A DNA stretch of 64,000 nt from Bacteroidota bacterium (GTDB lineage: Bacteria > Bacteroidota > Bacteroidia > UBA8524), in assembly GCA_006226545.1 (NCBI GenBank), contig SBGR01000006.1:18930-82929 (forward strand). Reading direction: 5' to 3'. This document shows, in pieces, positions 60,932-64,000 of this stretch. The translations under genes and the position numbers were made by a program. The first letter of the stretch is position 1. The number at the start of each line of letters is the position of its first letter. The notes under the pieces are model-generated. The model was not told the DNA's origin and searched no databases. It saw only the letters and a program-made list of their open reading frames with translations.

Positions 60932-61419
60932 TGAAGTATTCCGTTCACACCGACTCTGCTGAGAACAGGCAAAAAGTTCATGACATAGTTGAAAACGCCA
61001 AACAACTTGGCGACGAAGCATTCACATCGCTGGTAAACCAAGGGCATGAAGAAGCCTTTAAATCAATTGACTGTCTCTCTTGCGGCAACTGCTGCAGCAA
61101 ACACTCTCCCATTTTACTTCAGAGCGACTTAGAACGCATCGCTAAAGGAACAGGGCTGAGCATAACGCAACTACTAACTGAAAAAGTAGAGATGGATGAA
61201 GATGGTGATTTCATTTTTAATCAACAGCCTTGCCCCTTTTTAGGTGAAGATCTGTATTGCAGCATCTATGAATTTAGACCGGATGCCTGTGCTGAATTTC
61301 CACATAGCGATCGAAAGAGTCAAAGTGAAATAAGCGACCTCTTGGAAGAGAATGCTTTTGTTTGTCCGGCCATTAGTCAGATTATCAAAACGTTAGAAAA
61401 CATTCATCCTGGGATTTAA
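60925..61419 (+). CDS. YkgJ-family cysteine-cluster protein (UPF0153)
   Basis: 164 aa with CLSCGNCC, PCPFL and YCSIYEFRPDAC blocks. Start overlaps the upstream stop by 7 bp. Confidence 0.65.
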   Translation: MVMKYSVHTDSAENRQKVHDIVENAKQLGDEAFTSLVNQGHEEAFKSIDCLSCGNCCSKHSPILLQSDLERIAKGTGLSITQLLTEKVEMDEDGDFIFNQQPCPFLGEDLYCSIYEFRPDACAEFPHSDRKSQSEISDLLEENAFVCPAISQIIKTLENIHPGI

Positions 61420-61593
61420 AAAGTTTAGCCTCTTCATTTCAACCTCTCGGCAGCCTCTGACGTTTATACTGTGTCTAGGAAACAGGAAATAGCCTGTAAT
61501 CCTTGCACAACAATGTTTTAACAATTGAACAAAAACGCTTAAACTTGAAAATTCAAAATGAATAGTACTTATACGAATCGCAAGTATCTTAAT

Positions 61594-63747
61594 ATGAAGA
61601 GAAAACTCTACCTAGCAGCCTTATTATTAACAGGTTCTGTGGTAAGTGCTCAAACCCACGATCACTCAAAGTGTATGACGGATGAGCATTACCAACAGCA
61701 AATTCAGAGCAATCCGGAAATTCTTCAGCGCTCCCTCCAGTTCGAACAGGATGTTGAGCAAATGAAAGTTTTGTTGGCCAACAAACAATTGAAAAATGGC
61801 CAGAAGTTCATTATTCCGGTAGTATTTCATGTATTTCATGCCGGAGGTTCAGAGAACATTTCCAAAGCACAGGTTCAAAACCAGCTTGATACCTTCAACA
61901 AATTATTCAACAATGTATTTCCGGAGCGTGTAAGAGACGTATTCCATGGCGTAATTGCTAATTGCGAAATTGAATTCCGCTTAGCAACCAAAGACCCTGA
62001 TGGTAACTGTACCGACGGTGTTGTTCGCATTTACGATCCTGAAACTGAAAACGGTTCCAATAACTTAAAATACAAAAGCGCTTGGCCAACTGATCGCTAT
62101 TTGAACATTTGGGTTGTTAAAGAAATCAATTCAGCTTCAGCTTCATTAGGTACCACTTTAGGTTACGCTCAATTCCCTTGGGCTGGTGGCGCACAAACAG
62201 ATGGTATCGTGGTTCGTCACGATAACGTTGGTGCAATCGGAACTGCAACCACCGGTTTAGGTGTTGGACAGTGGGCTCGTACCTTGGTTCACGAGGCTGG
62301 TCACTGGTTAGGTTTATACCACCCATTCCAAGACAGCTGCTTCGGTGGCGACGGTGTAGAAGACACTCCTCCAGTGAGTTCACCAAGCTTTGGCTGTGAC
62401 TTAAACAGAAACACTTGTACTAACGAAGCACCGGGTTATGTAGACCGTCCGGATATGATTGAAAACTACATGGACTATGCAGATGGTCGTTGCATGTGGG
62501 CTTTCACTATCGGTCAGAAATTAAGAATGCAAACTACCTTGTTGAACTGGAGACCAAAATTATGGTCGGCTAGCAACTTGGAAGCTACCGGTGTTGCCGA
62601 TCCATATTCTGCAGGCAATTGCGGACCTAAAGCTAACTTCTATACCTTGAATGCACATATTTGCCAAGGAGCGAACATTAGCTTTGTAAACGATACCTAC
62701 AACCACAATGCTGGTGGTGTTACCTACGAATGGAGTTTCCCAGGCGGATCTCCATCTACAAGTACTTCTGCTAACCCGGTAGTTAATTATGCTGAGAGCG
62801 GACAGTACAATGTGCAATTGATTGCTAAGAAAACTGTTGGTGGTGTAGATTACGCTGATACCATGAACCGTGTTGAGTTTATCAATGTTTATAATTCTGT
62901 TGCCATGTTTGGTGCAGGTTTGACTGAAAACTTCGAATTCCCGGTATTCCCGGTTAATGGATGGTCTTACTCTTCTACAACAAACGTAAACTTCAGAAGA
63001 TTTGCTACAGGTGCCGGTTCATTGGAAGGTAGTTTCGCTGTACAGGTTCCGAATTCTGAAATTCAGGACGGTGCTGCATTCTACTTGGAAACTCCAACTT
63101 TAGACCTATCCGTACTGCCTAGCCCGATGGTTTCCTTCTACTATGCTTTTGCTCAGAGAAGAAAACAAAATGGAACAACCAGCTTCGATGCATTGAGCGT
63201 TAGTTCTTCGGTAAACTGCGGACAAACTTGGAGCTCTAGATGGAATTCAGCCGGTTCTCAGTTGAGCACAACAGGTGGTGTACCATTTGTTAGTGTAAAC
63301 TTTGTACCGAGCGGTGTTGATCAGTGGAAAAAAGTGGAAGTAAGCCTTTCTGCCATTCCGGCTGCACAACGTAACAATGTACGTTTGCGTTTTGAATTCA
63401 GAAGCCGTGGCGGTCATAACTTATTCATCGACCAAATCAACCTTGGATTCTCTTCAAGCATTGGAGAACATTTGAATTCAGAAGCTAACTTCACTGTATT
63501 CCCTAACCCAGCAAGCACTCAGGCTACTGTTAAATTAAACATGCCTAGCCAAGAGCAAACTGAAGTTGAGGTTTACGACCTAATGGGTAAAAAAGTAGCT
63601 GTACTTCACACTGGCGTATTGCCGGCAGGTGAAAAAGAATTGACATTCAACGGTACAGGATTAAGCAGCGGTATGTATATCGTTAAGGTTACTGCCGGTG
63701 GTTCTAGCAGCACACGTAAAGTGATGTTGACAGGAAGCACAAACTAA
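61594..63747 (+). CDS. M43 (cytophagalysin/pappalysin-like) zinc metalloprotease with T9SS C-terminal sorting domain
   Basis: Signal peptide MKRKLYLAALLLTGSVVSAQ, zinc motif HEAGHWLGLYHPF, and a C-terminal T9SS sorting domain (FTVFPNPASTQATVKL...GMYIVKV). Confidence 0.75.
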   Translation: MKRKLYLAALLLTGSVVSAQTHDHSKCMTDEHYQQQIQSNPEILQRSLQFEQDVEQMKVLLANKQLKNGQKFIIPVVFHVFHAGGSENISKAQVQNQLDTFNKLFNNVFPERVRDVFHGVIANCEIEFRLATKDPDGNCTDGVVRIYDPETENGSNNLKYKSAWPTDRYLNIWVVKEINSASASLGTTLGYAQFPWAGGAQTDGIVVRHDNVGAIGTATTGLGVGQWARTLVHEAGHWLGLYHPFQDSCFGGDGVEDTPPVSSPSFGCDLNRNTCTNEAPGYVDRPDMIENYMDYADGRCMWAFTIGQKLRMQTTLLNWRPKLWSASNLEATGVADPYSAGNCGPKANFYTLNAHICQGANISFVNDTYNHNAGGVTYEWSFPGGSPSTSTSANPVVNYAESGQYNVQLIAKKTVGGVDYADTMNRVEFINVYNSVAMFGAGLTENFEFPVFPVNGWSYSSTTNVNFRRFATGAGSLEGSFAVQVPNSEIQDGAAFYLETPTLDLSVLPSPMVSFYYAFAQRRKQNGTTSFDALSVSSSVNCGQTWSSRWNSAGSQLSTTGGVPFVSVNFVPSGVDQWKKVEVSLSAIPAAQRNNVRLRFEFRSRGGHNLFIDQINLGFSSSIGEHLNSEANFTVFPNPASTQATVKLNMPSQEQTEVEVYDLMGKKVAVLHTGVLPAGEKELTFNGTGLSSGMYIVKVTAGGSSSTRKVMLTGSTN

Positions 63748-63771
63748 GTCCACCCGAATCGTATAAAAGAA

Positions 63772-63799
63772 AAGGCCGCTAATCAGCGGCCTTTTTTTA
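63772..63799 (+). terminator. rho-independent terminator after M43 protease gene
   Basis: Hairpin GGCCGCT-AATC-AGCGGCC followed by a T7 run. Confidence 0.8.
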
Positions 63800-63804
63800 T
63801 GCTT

Positions 63805-64000
63805 TTAAAATATCCATCGCTTCTTATGTGTGAAGCCATAAATTAAACTTAATCCAATATCCAGGGTAGGCATCGCCTGATCGATAGTCCAATGTACCGT
63901 GCCGTTGCTGTATGTGTCTTTGCCGTTGAACGTTGCCTGAAACCACGTATACTTTACCGAAAGAAGTAGATTTATTCCTTCTTGTTTGTCAATTCTCAAT
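63805..64000 (-). CDS. hypothetical protein, C-terminal fragment (gene continues beyond window end)
   Basis: Minus-strand ORF ending at 63805. Too short to assign a function. Confidence 0.2.
   Translation of the reverse strand, partial: LRIDKQEGINLLLSVKYTWFQATFNGKDTYSNGTVHWTIDQAMPTLDIGLSLIYGFTHKKRWIF

Noticed and set aside
1-64000. Mobile elements, prophage or defense island
   Set aside because: No transposase, integrase, recombinase, phage structural, restriction-modification, Cas or toxin-antitoxin-like proteins were recognised. Gene content is core metabolic or housekeeping throughout, with tight operon spacing.

Overview
This is a dense, almost entirely protein-coding stretch of core chromosome, with about 65 genes. 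It is very likely from a member of Bacteroidota (Flavobacteriia, Cytophagia or Sphingobacteriia type). Three things point to that phylum: T9SS C-terminal sorting domains on secreted proteins, an M43 cytophagalysin-type protease, and a DUF5683 gene directly after parAB. Most genes are housekeeping. Chromosome and cell-cycle genes include parA, parB, ffh, rarA, gatC, kdsB, fabI, pdxH, mpl, a tandem ddl-like ligase, rseP and an ABC-F factor. Redox and stress genes are unusually numerous: Nnr, a RIC di-iron protein, a YceI-like protein, TlpA, Bcp, TrxA, a DCC oxidoreductase, Dps, Usp, rhodanese, and a DtxR-ZIP metal-homeostasis pair. There are also many peptidases (M16, M3, M23, M43, S9A prolyl oligopeptidase, YugP-like, PrsW-like). 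I found no transposase, integrase, phage genes, CRISPR array, restriction-modification, toxin-antitoxin or recognisable anti-phage genes, and no non-coding stretch longer than about 270 bp. Gene boundaries are tight, with many 1-8 bp overlaps, and eight clear rho-independent terminators can be read from the sequence. The items I judge most worth a second look are these. (1) A putatively co-transcribed cluster of a T9SS cargo protein, a rhodanese and a heptaheme cytochrome c fused to TPR repeats, immediately followed by a TPR sensor kinase. (2) An 899-aa protein made of two tandem D-Ala-D-Ala-ligase-like ATP-grasp modules. (3) Two blocks of short tandem DNA repeats between convergent genes. (4) Several perfect palindromes that look like operator sites. 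(5) An AlkB alkane hydroxylase without electron-transfer partners. I could not recognise a clearly novel multi-gene system (for example a defense system) from sequence alone. The candidates above are offered as hypotheses.
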